Notes: a model not told the origin generated them from the letters alone. Counted from the whole stretch's first letter, positions 11,935 through 24,719 are shown. The stretch is DNA of 63,037 nucleotides, filler included, from Nemertoderma westbladi (GCA_032718475.1; 3 parts of 3 records of this genome joined end to end with filler, not necessarily neighbours in it); one strand, 5' to 3'. Numbers and translations: made by a program.

Positions 11935-12582
11935 CGTCCCTGTCTTGAAAGAACAACACCAGAAGCGCCAAAATCAAAATTGTTCAGGAACGACGATTTG
12001 TTGCTTAAAATTCGGATTTTAGTTATTATTTATTGTGTTTTCGTCTAAAATGTTCAGCACTGTTTATACTTTCGACCTGTAATGTTAAGAAATTTCATAT
12101 GTGAATCTTTTACTCCACAATATTGATTTTTGTGCACAATTTGGCGCATAAGTTGTTTTTGCTGCTATTTTCTGTTTTTTTAAAGAACTTTAAGAAGGGC
12201 CTACCAATTATAATTTATAACTCTGTAAAACAACTCAAACGACTAATTTGGTTTAAATAAGAACCAGTTTTCAGCAATTTCAACTTCAACAGACATACTG
12301 AATAATTCGTTAGTAACGTACTGTATATAAAGTTTCACTATGCAGCATAAAACATATTATAAAACAATGGCCTTTTTGAGTTATACCATTGGATAGTCCC
12401 ATGATTACTATATGGAAATATACATAAAAAGTTGTCGCTTAGGTTGTTATAAAAAAAATTGGCCTTATCATTAGTTCAACCTAAAATTGTCGCTTGAGTT
12501 GGTATGGTCAGCCCTAAACTTACAATAAAAAAGTGGTTTTTGAAAAATATGTCGCTTGTGTTGTTCTTTCAAGACAGGGACG
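11935..12582. mobile_element. MITE with 4-bp TSD (Sola-like)
   Basis: ACAT|cgtccctgtcttgaaagaacaacac ... gtgttgttctttcaagacagggacg|ACAT. Confidence 0.8.
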
Positions 12583-13057
12583 ACATGGTGCAGGTTTTGT
12601 TTAGAGAGATGATAACATTTTGGTAAAAATGAATCGTAGCCATTTTAGCATTTAGTTCAAAATGTGCGAGAGTAAAATAAAATCAGTTAAAATTATTTAA
12701 TGTTGCTAAGGAAATTAATATTCGTATATTTTATCTGGAATGAAATGCTATTTTGTTTGCATGTGTTTTTCTGGTTTTGGGTGTACTGTAGTTAGTTAGA
12801 TTAACACGTGTACTGCACGGGTTAGAGCTAATGAGCCAAATCCTGGCGAAACACATAGGTATACAAAGTAAAAAATGTAACAAAATATAAAATAGTATTT
12901 TTTTAATTATTTTATAATTAAGGAAAAACATTTTTAGAACAATATTGAAGGGAACGTTAAACCCGAAAATTTGCAGCAAATAGTAGCTATTTTTAAGTTA
13001 CTGATTGGTTTATATATATTATTATTGAAAAAATATAATTTATAGTAATATTAAATC

Positions 13058-15182
13058 GGATAGTTATAAAACCCGAAAATAACGAAAAAGACGAAATTAT
13101 TAACGAAAATATCGAATTTATAAAACAATCTACAAAATCTCACTTTCCAGAACGATAGGTATTATTAGAAGTCACACTTTACATTTTTTAATTAATAAAA
13201 TCTGATAATTTCGCCCCATTTTCGACCTTAAAGTAATTTAATGCCAAATACTGTGTGCTGGTTGGTTGTTAGGTGTTGAATGTTGACCAATGGCTATCTT
13301 CTCACCGGGAAGATAGCATGGGGGGGAGTGTAAGCGGATTCAATTCCGCCTCATTACCCACCAGAAAATGGGACAGTGGCATTTTCAGCAATATGTTGGA
13401 AATACGAGATTAGCAATTATAATCTCGTATCACAACCAACATTTGGGGGGGGGGGCAACACAAGCCCCGAAGCCACACACAAAGGAAGGTTAAAGGTCAA
13501 ACCAACTCGGAGGGGACACAGCTAGCAGAGGCTAGCAGCAGAGGGGGAACACTCCCAGAGAGTGCAAGGGTGAGAAGTAGGTTATTAGCCAATAGGGGGG
13601 AGGAAAGCACGTGATAGAGCACATAAGAGCATCCATTAGGTAACAGGCCAAAGTAGCGTAGGAGGTAAAGCAATATTTGTATATCGATCATACCTTCCGT
13701 TACCGGTTTGTGGTTCAGTTAGCTAGTTACTTAGTTTCAGTGCAGACCGGTAACATTGTTTCACCGTCATCGTATATCGGCTGTCATCATACATCACCAT
13801 TACCGGTATCAGACATATACAATCTTTATTGTGCTACTATTATTATATATATATTACAAGACCAAGAAACAACAAGAAAACTCTGAACGCTTTTCTCCAA
13901 CGGCCTCGGCCAAGCTACCAGTAACACCATCTTAAAGCCTGCGGTGACGCGTATAGCAACCTACCCGGTCGGGATCTCTGATCCCGTCACAGCAGATAAG
14001 TGTACTGGTGTATTACAAGGCATGGTACAGCCTGAAGGGGTAAGGTAAAAGGAACCGTCTCTAACCGTCGTAACACTCTATGGTTCTTTTCGGAGAATCT
14101 CATTGATCTCGATTGCTGCAAAGCTATACAATAGGATTCTATTAAATCGCATCAGGGATCCCATTTAGAGACTGCTCCGTGGAAATCAGAATGGGTTCCG
14201 TAAAGGTCGTGGGACCATTGAGCCCATTTTGGCACTTAGAAGGATAATTGAAGAATTGTCAAAAAAGAAAGACAGGCATCTGGCTGTTATCTTTGTTGAC
14301 TTCTTCAAGGCCTTTGATTCAGTCTCTCGCTCACGTATGTTCAGCATACTTTCATTATATGGGATTCCTGATGAAATTATTGCAGCAATCAGATCAGTAT
14401 ACGATGGTTCGACAACATTTGTATCTACTGTTGACGGTGACACAGAACCATTTGAAGTGTTATGGGGCGTCCTCCAAGGAGACACACTTGCACCATTCTT
14501 GTTCATTATTGTGGTGGACTATGTTCTACGCATGGGGTGTTCTACGATGACTATGCTACGCCGGGTTCATTGTGTCAAGTACAATGCACACATCTCCAAC
14601 CAGACACTATATAACATTGGAGGTGTCTCATTGGTTCCCCCAAGCTTGACACTAGAACAAAATCGCCTCCGCTATGCAGGACATTGCTTTCGCCGTGAGG
14701 ACCAGCCAGTGCATAATCTTGTACTTTGGCAGCCTCATGGAGTGAATAAGCATGGTGGACAGCCCATGACTTTCTTGAGACGCATCTTAAAGGACACTGG
14801 CCTTAAAGATGCGGATGATCTAGCAAATGTCATGGGTGATAGGGAGTTGTGGCGGTGCAATTTTGTTGACAAAACGGCACAGCATTCTTAAAAATGCAGC
14901 TGCAATGCAGCATGCCGATCCTAGTAGTAGTAGTTGTGGTGTTTTGCCATTATTGGATTACCCCTTAATAACCAATCAACAGAGACAGTATTTGATATTA
15001 AATTACTTTCCGGGTCGAAAATGTGGCGAAATTATCTGATTTTATTAATTATAACATGTAAAATGTGCCTTCTAATAATACCGATCTCACTGGAAAGTGA
15101 GATTGTATTTAAAATTTTATCATTTCGATATTTTCGTTAATAATTTCGTCTTTTTCGTTGTTTTCGGGTTTTATAACTATCC
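13058..15182. mobile_element. TIR element (GG...CC ends, ~57-bp TIR, possibly MULE-like) carrying internal insertions
   Basis: ggatagttataaaacccgaaaataacgaaaaagacgaaattattaacgaaaatatcga is inverted at 15126-15182; TSD imperfect. Confidence 0.75.
14091..14935 (+). mobile_element. RTE-clade LINE fragment, internally deleted
   Basis: ISLISIAAKLYNRILLNRI, NQNGFRKGR, FVDFFKAFDSV, GVLQGDTLAPFLF, RLRYAGHCFRR; (TAG)n tail; near-identical to 42826-43875. Confidence 0.92.
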
Positions 15183-16905
15183 ATATTAATGGGTAAACCG
15201 CCCCTGACAAGTATGATTTGATGAGATTTTTGTATATATATGAAAAGTGGCGAATTTGGAATTAAATTGCGAATTCAGTGAAAATTTGACATATGGAGTA
15301 TATTTGGGCGGGTTAGGCCAACTCTTTGAAATCGCTGCCAGTCCCTATCCTAATCCTTTTTGCACAGAGTTTGAGAAAATATAATTCCCTAGAAGTTGTT
15401 AAATTACAGATCTGACTTTCGGGCTGACAGTATTTAACGGACTTTTCTTAAATTGGGAGACATTTGTAAACACTGGATTGAAAATGGAGTATAACAGAAT
15501 AGGCCATAGCCTGACCCACCACAGTAAGGAGACATCCCACATTTTGCTTTCAAATATCATCTTATTTGCCACAAAATTGCGGACAATAAAAACGATATAG
15601 GGAGTTTATTCTATTGAATTCGCAGTTTAAAATGAAACAAAATGATAAAACCAACGCGAGTAAAGGAAAGTGAATCCCAAAAACTAAAATAACTTCCTTT
15701 TATTTAACTAGGCACCTACACGAAAACAACAACCGAAAAGTCCATGATCGCTCGATTTCGAGAAACTGGCAACAACGCATTGAAACCAACCGGATATCCC
15801 GTGATCACTCTCGTGGGAATTGTGACTATCACAATGATTAACTAATTAACTGAGACTCCATCAGTACCTCCGATTTCAGTTAATTCTCTGCAGTAAAGAG
15901 CGAATCAATCTATTTAGCCCAAAAAGGGTCAACCTTTGGATAGTAGTACCTCTAGATAGTTCCCAATATAGTTTCCAGAGCAATGGAAATTTGTCTAATA
16001 ATTTAACCATTTTTAATACCAATTTTGCTGGTACAATACAGGGAGCTTATTTACACAACTTATCGACTAAACGGGTGGATGTAACCTCGCCCATCGGATT
16101 TGTCGACCTCAAAAACCCTTATCAACAAAAAATGTATTTGTTATATTATAAACTAGTGTGGTTTTTTAACTAAATCTAATAATTAAATTACAACTAAAAT
16201 CAATAAAGCAATAACAATTTAATTATGTGAAAAATCTTCACTAACATAATGAAATTAGGAAATTTCCTTGCAGTGGAATTGTATAATTTTTCTTATATCA
16301 GTTAATTACCTTAATATATCGTAATTTTTTGATATATTTAAAAATTTGATGCGACTTCTAGAAACCGAGATATAGCAATTAATGTGTAACACGCCAATGT
16401 AAATATTACTAATTTCCCATTGAATTACAGCTTATTGTGAAATTAATTAAATTATTCTGGAATATCACTATTTTGCTACTTACTTTTCCCTACTGTTCCT
16501 TTTGTTTGGCTTGTCTTATGCAAACTTACGCAGAATTTCCATGAATAAACATATGATCCGCAAAATAAAATTTTATAGAATTTTTTTTGGTCATTAATAA
16601 GGTAATAGACCTTGTTAGTTAATAGACCTTGTTAATAGAAATTGGAACAACCTCCCTCAAGAGACACAATGCGCAACGCCAGTGGTGGGTTTCAAAAAAA
16701 GTGACGGCAAGTTTATTATTTCATTAATTAAAGAAGATTTCTAAAGTCGTTTAATCATTAAAAACTAAACTATGTATCTAACTAAAAATTTAAAACATTT
16801 AAAAATGAAATTAATTAAGATCGCATCAATATCATATTAATATCACATCGATGATCATATCACAATACTGAAATTGTTTTTAAGCGTTGCTATGACAATG
16901 ATGGC

Positions 16906-17392
16906 CATGCCCTACTATAGATACGACCCGCTAAGCTGCTGCAAAGCCCCTAAATTTAGTGGGCCAGTTATTTCTCTTAGTTATAATCCCTGAAATAATA
17001 GGTCTAGCTCGTCGAAAGTACTGGTCCCCAGCTAAAATTATGTCCTCTTTCAGGTGAGACAAATAAAAATGTAATAATAGCTCCAGTAGTTTTCGAGATA
17101 TGTTCTTACCGATTGGATTGTTCTTACAGGACGACTTCAAACAGATCCATTAGAACGCCAAGTACAGGCAAATGAGTGGGGGTCGATTTTTGGTGGGCTT
17201 ATTAGAAGTTATTAGGTCAGAAAATATCATTAGTGTTAAATCTATGCTAAAGGAGAATATTTGTTTAGATGACGTTAATGTAGATCGATTTCACTGATCT
17301 CTTAGAGAATATAGATAGTATAGAATTTGTTTATGATGTTGATGAGGCGACAACCGAGGCTACTGTTTGTGTAGCTGGCTACATAGCGACAA
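16906..17392 (+). mobile_element. Deleted P-element/THAP9-type transposon remnant
   Basis: Hand translation 17111-17390: VLTGRLQTDPLER/YRQMSGGRFLVGLLEVIRSENIISVKSMLKE...VCVAGYIA, which is the P-type transposase C-terminal catalytic region. Putative left end catgccctact at 16906. Confidence 0.7.
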
Positions 17393-20300
17393 CCTGGTAC
17401 CTCTACGTCCCACTCATCCTTCAATTTGTATACTCTCTTGAGTATCTGTTTCCCCGTAACTAATAATGGGGATGCTAGGCCTAGGGGATCATATATCCTT
17501 GCTATATACGATACATAGCCCCTCTTCGTGTGGATGTCTGCGCCCTCCTGGCTCAGCTGGTACTTCAGTTCGTCTGTCTCTCTGTTCCACACGATTCCCA
17601 ATGCCTTCTGTTGAGATTCTGTTCTCTTATTCGCCATGTCCTGCCCTTTGGCTGTTGTGGGATTATCCATGGTCGATTCTGGCCTCTTGTCCTCTATCGC
17701 CTTGATAAATTCTTCCGAACTGGATTGGAATTTGGTCAGGTTAAAGCCGGATCCTTTTAGGATGTCGCGAACCTCGCGCCCCGTGTCCAGTATCTCCTTA
17801 ACCGTATTTCCAGACTCCATTCCGTCGTCTACGTAGAAGCCACGTCGAATCATATCGACGGCCCTAGTGCTGTATCTATCTTCCTTCCCTTTCACTGTAT
17901 CTCTCACTGCCATAGTCGTCGTAAATGAAGACGACTTGGCTCCCATGTTTTGTACTACCATCTTATATGCCGGTATTATCGACGGTTCTTCCTCGCCGTT
18001 ATACCATAAGAAGCGTTGACTGTCGCTATCTTCCTCCGTTACACGGACTTGGTTGAACATGCCTTCTATGTCGCACGTGAAGGCGTGTTTCCCATTCCTA
18101 AATCTAAGTAGGACCTCTATGCCCGAGTTGTATATGTTTGGGCCTTCTAACAGGTAGTCGTTTAAGCATCTTCCGTCGGTCTTTGCCGATGCGTCGACTA
18201 CCATCCGTAGTTTACCTTTCTTTGGGTCTAAAGCCACGTGGAGTGGCAGGTAATATGTCCTGTCCGTGTTCGGCTCGTCGACCGGTAACTCCACGGCCCA
18301 TCCTTTCTCGACGTACTTCTTAATCGTTCTGTGGATGTACTCATTCTTCTCGGGGCTCCGCTTTAGTGTTTGTTTCAGCTTGCGGAGTCTCGTGAGTACC
18401 ATCCCTCTATTATCGGGCAGCGGTATCTTCGGTAGTTTCCATACCATTCCTATAGTATACCGCCCCTCATCGCATGTCATCGATTCCTCCCACGCTTTGT
18501 AAAGCCTGCTTGTCTTCTACCGAGGTCCCGACCCCGGTTTCTTTCAGTCCCTCGAAATCTTGTCTGAGCAGTCTTTTAAGCTGCTCCTCTGCTCCCTCAT
18601 CACCCATTTCATGCATTGTTCCCGCGAACATGCATCCTGATGTCTCCGACATCCTAAATGGTATCTTGCTCTTGATTGGGCCACTCAGCGTCCACCCGAA
18701 TGGTGTTAATATCGCCACCGGGTCACACTGCTTGTCTTCGCCGAAGACCGTTTGCATTCTTTCGTGGGCCGTTTGGCAGTCCATTCCTACTATGATGGAT
18801 ACCTTCCTAACGTCCACGTCTAGGATTGAGAAGTCAATGTCGTCCAGGAATTTATATTGCTCGACCTCGATGTTAGTTGGCCGCCTGGCATTGATATTAA
18901 TTGACTCTATCACTTGGATGGGGTCGATGGTTGCCCCATAGTCGCATCCCGGTGCCACTGCTGCAATTGCGCACTGTCCTGTTCTCATCTCCAGGATCTC
19001 ATCTTTGCTAGAGATGGTTGTTACCGCCATTCTGCTTGGCCTCGTTCTCAATCCTATCTCTTCGGCCACCCATTCCTCGACTAATGTGAAGGCAGCTCCA
19101 CTATCAACCAGCATTAGTGTTGTTACTGATCGATTGCCTTCCCCAATCACTCGCACGGGTACTACTCCAAGTAACACCGTTCCTCTCTTCTTCGCCCCTA
19201 CTGTGCTCGTTGCCATCGTTTGGCCTCTCCTTTGACCAAACTTGATCGGCTTCTCCTTGCATTCCCTTGCTCTATGCCCACTCATCACACATCGGGAGCA
19301 GATTTTATTGCTCGACGCATAATCTATCTGATCTTGCCTAGGTAGCGCCTGCCAGTACCTGCAGTTCATGGTTTGATGAAGCGCATTTGCGTGTAGCTGG
19401 CATTTGCTCTTTGGGTCGTAGCCCTCTTTATACAGTGCATTGCGTATCGCAGCTGCGTTTGTACCAAAGTCCCTACTATTCTTATTGTTTGGATTCGGCC
19501 TACTGGATGTACTGGGGTTATGTTTATTCGTGTTGTTATTGTTCCCCTATCCGTTCCATGGTGTTGTCTTATCTTCGGCTAGCTGTGGACTTGCAGTCCC
19601 CTGCGTCGCTGCATATGGCAATGATTGCCTGAGCCTCGGTAATGCGTTTGATGTATTGTGCTCCGGTTTCGGTCTATGGTAATCCGTCTTCGGTCCCTTT
19701 CCCAGGCTATCTTCGCTATAGACTGGGTCTGTTATTAGCTCAGCCTCGTAGTTTAAGAAGCTTGACATTTCTTCTAAACCCGGTTCCGCACCCTTCTTGT
19801 CTCGAGTGGAGAAAGCAATCTTCCTCCACTTGTTGCGCAGCCAGCTCGGTAGTGCCTGCGCTATCGTGGTGATGTTATTGGACGCGTTGAGCTCGTATGG
19901 CGCGTCTAGCGTCTTCAGCACGATCAGCGCCTTTTCGACTTTGTTAGCGAACGTCTTAATGCTAACGGGATTATCCTGTAGGCCACCCGATGTTATGCCT
20001 CTCAGCGTCTGCCTGATGATCTTGGCCGGGTGCCCGTATTCCCTATCCAGTGCCCGCCATGCTGTCGTGAAGCCGCCCTCTATTCCTTGATATTGCCTCA
20101 CGATATCGTATGCTGGGCCTCCCGTGTATACTTGCAGATACTTTAGGCACTCCGCCTGCGTCAAGTTTTTTGTTAGTATTTCGTTACTATACATGCGCCG
20201 AAACTGTAGATATTCTTCCGGCCTGCTCCCATCGAATTTGAATGGTTCCACGGGTGGTAACTCGATCCTCGTTTTCAACGCATCGATCAACGTGGCCATC

Positions 20301-20745
20301 CCCATCGCCTGCGCTTCCAATGGATTCGATGGGTGCTGCATAGTTTCTCCTGTCTGGTGCGGTTCGTCCGTCCTATTTCTTGACTTTCTCTGACTTGGGT
20401 ATGTCATCGGGGGTAGCGGCCCCCTCCATATTTCTGTATCACACGACCTATTTTCATCCAAGGGTCTCGTTGTTCTTGCTCCTATCGGGGTATATTGTTG
20501 ATATTGTGATGGGGGAATGTCACCCTGTCCCCCCCCCACCGGTATGTTTGGTACTGGGGTTGATGTTAATATGTTGGGGCCCATACACCTATCCGCAATA
20601 ATTCCCCCCTCCCCTGGGTATATGTTATGTCCCTGCATGCTGTAGTCATACTGCTGTGCTGGTACCGGTATAGGCCTATCAGCTTCTGGCCTACTCGCCG
20701 GTATGTATTCCGCGACTTCCGGGTTTAATCCCGTTGTCCGCGCTA
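17393..20745 (-). mobile_element. BEL/Pao LTR retrotransposon gag-pol, truncated and decayed
   Basis: Gag (PFKFDGS...YLQF), Cys/His knuckles (CQLH...H...C, CSRC...GH...C), protease LVDSGA, RT YYLPLH / KLRMVVDAS / CDIEGMFNQV / FYVDD, then IYDPLG. One stop (19547-19549) and one frameshift (~18490). Ends at the gap. Confidence 0.95.
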
Positions 20746-20845
20746 NNNNNNNNNNNNNNNNNNNNNNNNNNNNNNNNNNNNNNNNNNNNTTAATTAATTA
20801 ANNNNNNNNNNNNNNNNNNNNNNNNNNNNNNNNNNNNNNNNNNNN
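20746..20845. other. Assembly gap (100 bp with TTAATTAATTAA linker)
   Basis: N-run with a central all-frame stop linker, identical to the second gap. Confidence 0.97.
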
Positions 20846-21765
20846 CGGTGCGTCTTGCCTAACCTTCGTTTGTGGTTTACAATAATTTATCGGTGCATCT
20901 TGCCTAACCTTGGTGTGTGGTTTACAATAATTTAACGGTGCGTCTTGCCTAACCTTGGTGTGTGGTTTACAATAATGTACCGGTGCCTCTTGCCTAACCT
21001 TGGTGTGTGGTTTACAATAATTTAAAGGCGCCTCTTGCCTAACCTTGGTGTGTGGTTTACAATAATTTAACGGTGCCTCTTGCCTAACCTTGGTGTGTGG
21101 TTTACAATAATGTAACGGTGCCTCTTGCCTAACCTTGGTGTGTGGTTTACAATAATTTATCGGTGCATCTTGCCTAACCTTGGTGTGTGGTTTACAATAA
21201 TTTAACGGTGCGTCTTGCCTAACCTTGGTGTGTGGTTTACAATAATGTACCGGTGCCTCTTGCCTAACCTTGGTGTGTGGTTTACAATAATTTAAAGGCG
21301 CCTCTTGCCTAACCTTGGTGTGTGGTTTACAATAATTTAACGGTGCCTCTTGCCTAACCTTGGTGTGTGGTTTACAATAATGTAACGGTGCCTCTTGCCT
21401 AACCTTGGTTTGTGGTTTACAATAATTTATCGGCGCTTCTTGCTTAACCTTCGTTTGTGGTTTACAATAATTTATCGGTGCATCTTGCCTAACCTTGGTT
21501 TGTGGTTTACAATAATTTATCGGTGCATCTTGCCTAACCTTGGTGTGTGGTTTACAATAATTTATCGGTGCATCTTGCCTAACCTTGGTTTGTGGTTTAC
21601 AATAATTTATCGGTGCATCTTGCCTAACCTTGGTGTGTGGTTTACACTAATTTATCGGTGCGTCTTGCCTAACCTTGGTGTGTGGTTTACAATAATTTAT
21701 CGGTGCGTCTTGCCTAACCTTGGTTTGTGGTTTACAATAATTTATCGGTGCGTCTTGCCTAACCT
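20846..21765. repeat. 45-bp minisatellite, ~20 copies, with a duplicated 6-unit (270-bp) block
   Basis: Unit cggtgcatcttgcctaaccttggtgtgtggtttacaataatttat; the order of variants at 20881-21150 repeats from 21151. Confidence 0.97.
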
Positions 21766-21937
21766 CGCGAATCAAATCTGAGTCGCTACCGCTATCCCCC
21801 GATGAAAAAACCGCAGTTTTATAATCTGGATCCATAATCTCGCGCTTCAATTCCTCCATAGTAATCGATTCCACACTATCGTCTGAGGAATCATCTTGTG
21901 TGTTGTAATCTCGCTTGAGGTTATACCCATGTGCCAT
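20846..21937 (-). CDS. Possible coding region: acidic N-terminus plus (VRQDAPINYCKPHTK)n, one in-frame stop
   Basis: ORF 21937-21647 runs in frame from unique sequence into the array. All other units stay open in this frame. Confidence 0.4.
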
Positions 21938-22033
21938 TTACAAGAATTATAAGGTACTAATTTTTTAGTAACTGTAGGCCCTCCGCCGTTTTTAGTGTAG
22001 GTTTTGCTACTTTATGAAAATATTCTGAGATGA

Positions 22034-22320
22034 CGAATTAAGCGAGCTTAGCATACGGGTACCGCTGTGGGGCGAGCCACGAATTAAGCGAGCTTAGCAT
22101 ACGGGTACCCCTGTGGGGCGAGCCACGAATTAAGCGAGCTTAGCATACGTGTACCGCTGTTTAAAACGTTGTCTGTCAGTCGGTTTGTCTGTCGGCCAAT
22201 AACTCCTTAAATTAAAACAAACTTGGTTCACATGTAGTCTGTCGAATGTCTGAAATATTATTTCCGTAGGCGGACTCGGTAGTCCTATAGTCCCTCGCTA
22301 GAGGGCCACTAGGCAATGGT
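22034..22320 (-). mobile_element. Helentron-like element end with triplicated 46-bp terminus
   Basis: gaattaagcgagcttagcatacgggtacc x3, separated by hairpin gtggggcgagccac; gtctgtc repeats; aaacttggttcacatgtag. Confidence 0.55.
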
Positions 22321-23618
22321 TGAAATGGTGGTAACATTGTTCTGTTTTCTTTATACTGGTTAGGGTTCACTTACTGCTTTAATTAGGGCTAGGGATGCCA
22401 CACTTCTATGCACTTGTAGTCTGTGAGGTCCACCAGAGCTTCAAGAGCAAAAACAATTGTTAGCCCGCATAAAACCAAAATTTATTTTAATAAAATTTGT
22501 GAACCTTTCGAAACAAATAACTAGCTAGTAACTAAAAATGACGAGGGCCAATGAAGTTCTGTAAAGCAATAATTTTTTTAAACATCTGTTATTCCCATGT
22601 GTAATTAATTATAATCATGAAGATTTTGTTCTTCAAAATCAATCGAAGAAAGGTAGTAAGTATTAAATAGTTACTATAATTCTGGAACCTCGCAAAACTT
22701 TGGTAACTTTGGATGCCGTTAAGTGCTTTGTTGTACGAAGGTAAACCCCGCCCACCGGTATATTAGGCTACTTATATTTATACGTAAATAATGCCTCCTG
22801 TCAACGGAAACCAGGCCAAGTTTTAGCACGGAATTGTTCTCACAAAAGAAACATTTAATCTCAAAGGTTAGGATCTCAGGGATGAGTTAATAAGAAGGCT
22901 TTTAAACGCTTTGGTACGTTATGGGGACAAACCATAATTTCAATTATAGTTTGCTAATGATACAGTAGGGGAACAGGGGTCTTCGTGAAACAACTACAAC
23001 TACACGAAATATGTGGGGCGAGCCACATAGTCTGGAGAGCCTTTGCGTGGGGGTTTAATTAGTAGACAGTGTGTCGACATTAGATTGGAATAGTATGAAC
23101 TCCATTAAGTCGTCAATCTTTACTGAAAAGGAACCAAATTTGGTACGCATAGTCAATCAAAGGTGTAGAAATAAATTATACAAACAGACTACTATAGTTC
23201 TTCTGTCGGACACTAGGGGGCGAATAACCATATCAACTAATTGTAACGCTACGCAAAGGTTCATCCAGATTTCGTGTTGCGCGAAGGCCCTCCGAACGTT
23301 GTACATTGTTACCATGCTATTTATTTATTTGGCTGATAAGTAAGATTAAAGCCAATTTTGTCATAATTAAAACCCCGACCATACGGAAATAAAAATAGTG
23401 TAACAGATTAGTTATATATTATTTAATTAACAACATATGAAGTTATTTTATCAGGATAAACACGTGTAATTAACATTAATAAACCGATTAAATTATGTAA
23501 ATCAATAAAGAAAACCACGAAAAGTAAATAATATGCAAGGAAATAGATAAAATACATTTTAATATCCCTTTCATTTGTGGCTACTTTATTGCACTACGAT
23601 ACTTGTGACTGTTGTAGG

Positions 23619-23809
23619 TGTACAATGTACAGCCGTACAATGTACAGCCGTACAATGTACAGCCGTACAATGTACAGCCGTACAATGTACAGCCGTACAA
23701 TGTACAGCTCTACAATGTACAGCCGTACAATGTACAGCCGTACAATGTACAGCCGTACATTGTACAGCCGTACAATGTACAGCCGTACAATGTACAGCCG
23801 TACAATGTA
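23619..23809. repeat. 15-bp minisatellite (tgtacagccgtacaa), ~12 copies
   Basis: Direct inspection. Confidence 0.97.
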
Positions 23810-24385
23810 GAATGTAGCTACATGATATCGATGTAATCAAAACAAAGTTTCATTCAAACCGACGCACTATTACTAAAATGTACCATTAATTAAATTGCAA
23901 TAAACAATTAATTTCCTAATCTAAAATTATCGTACTTGGTGTTATATATATCGCATTTCATATCATTAATTAATAATATAGGCCGCCTACTACATTCAAT
24001 GTTATGAGAATCTGCTGATGAATGTACAATACAATGTACGACAACAAATATATTCTGACTTTATTTCATACCGAATATATACGCCATAAAGGCCAATAAT
24101 ATATATTACATGATATGTTCGAGTAAAGAATAAGTTTCAAAGTGCAATAAAAGTAGCCAGAAATAATGAAAATTAAGTTTCATTTCACATTAATATTGGA
24201 TGTAGAAATATAATAATAATATAATATTCCCGATCTTCCCTTCTGAATAAAGTGCTACTTTATTTACAATACTCCATGTAGTTAAACATCGCTTTATGTA
24301 ATATAGTAATGGATGATATTTGAAATCCAACATCCTCAATTATCAATTGAATGAACATGACGAATTATTCGAGTTTTACTGTCGA

Positions 24386-24719
24386 AGTCACATTCTCTAT
24401 AGTCACATTCTCTATAGTCACATTCTCTATAGTCACATTCTCTATAGTCACATTCTCTATAGTCACATTCTCTATAGTCAATAGTCACATTCTCTATAGT
24501 CACATTCTCTATAGTCACATTCTCTATAGTCACATTCTCTATAGTCACATTCTCTATAGTCACATTCTCTATAGTCACATTCTCTATAGTCACATTCTCT
24601 ATAGTCACATTCTCTATAGTCACATTCTCTATAGTCACATTCTCTATAGTCACATTCTCTATAGTCACATTCTCTATAGTCACATTCTCTATAGTCACAT
24701 TCTCTATAGTCACATTCTC
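24386..24719. repeat. 15-bp minisatellite (agtcacattctctat), ~22 copies
   Basis: Direct inspection; one phase slip near 24480. Confidence 0.97.

Larger units (their letters stand above)
10885..12993. mobile_element. ~2.1-kb non-autonomous TIR element containing nested insertions
   Basis: aatagctactattcgctgcgaattttcgggtttaac...cccttcaat is inverted at ~12943-12993; TTAA adjacent to both ends. Confidence 0.7.

Noticed and set aside
13880-14080. Possible HDV-like ribozyme upstream of the RTE fragment
   Set aside because: I could not build the nested double-pseudoknot pairing; only a simple cgggatc/gatcccg hairpin is evident
17466-20601. Numerous plus-strand ORFs
   Set aside because: Antisense shadows of the BEL gag-pol frame
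20790-20801. TTAATTAATTAA island inside N-runs (also 49234-49245)
   Set aside because: Identical artificial gap linker with stops in all frames; not biological
20846-21765. CRISPR-like appearance of regular repeats (also 29178-29935 and 30448-31333)
   Set aside because: Units are contiguous with no unique spacers, there are no cas genes, and the context is eukaryotic
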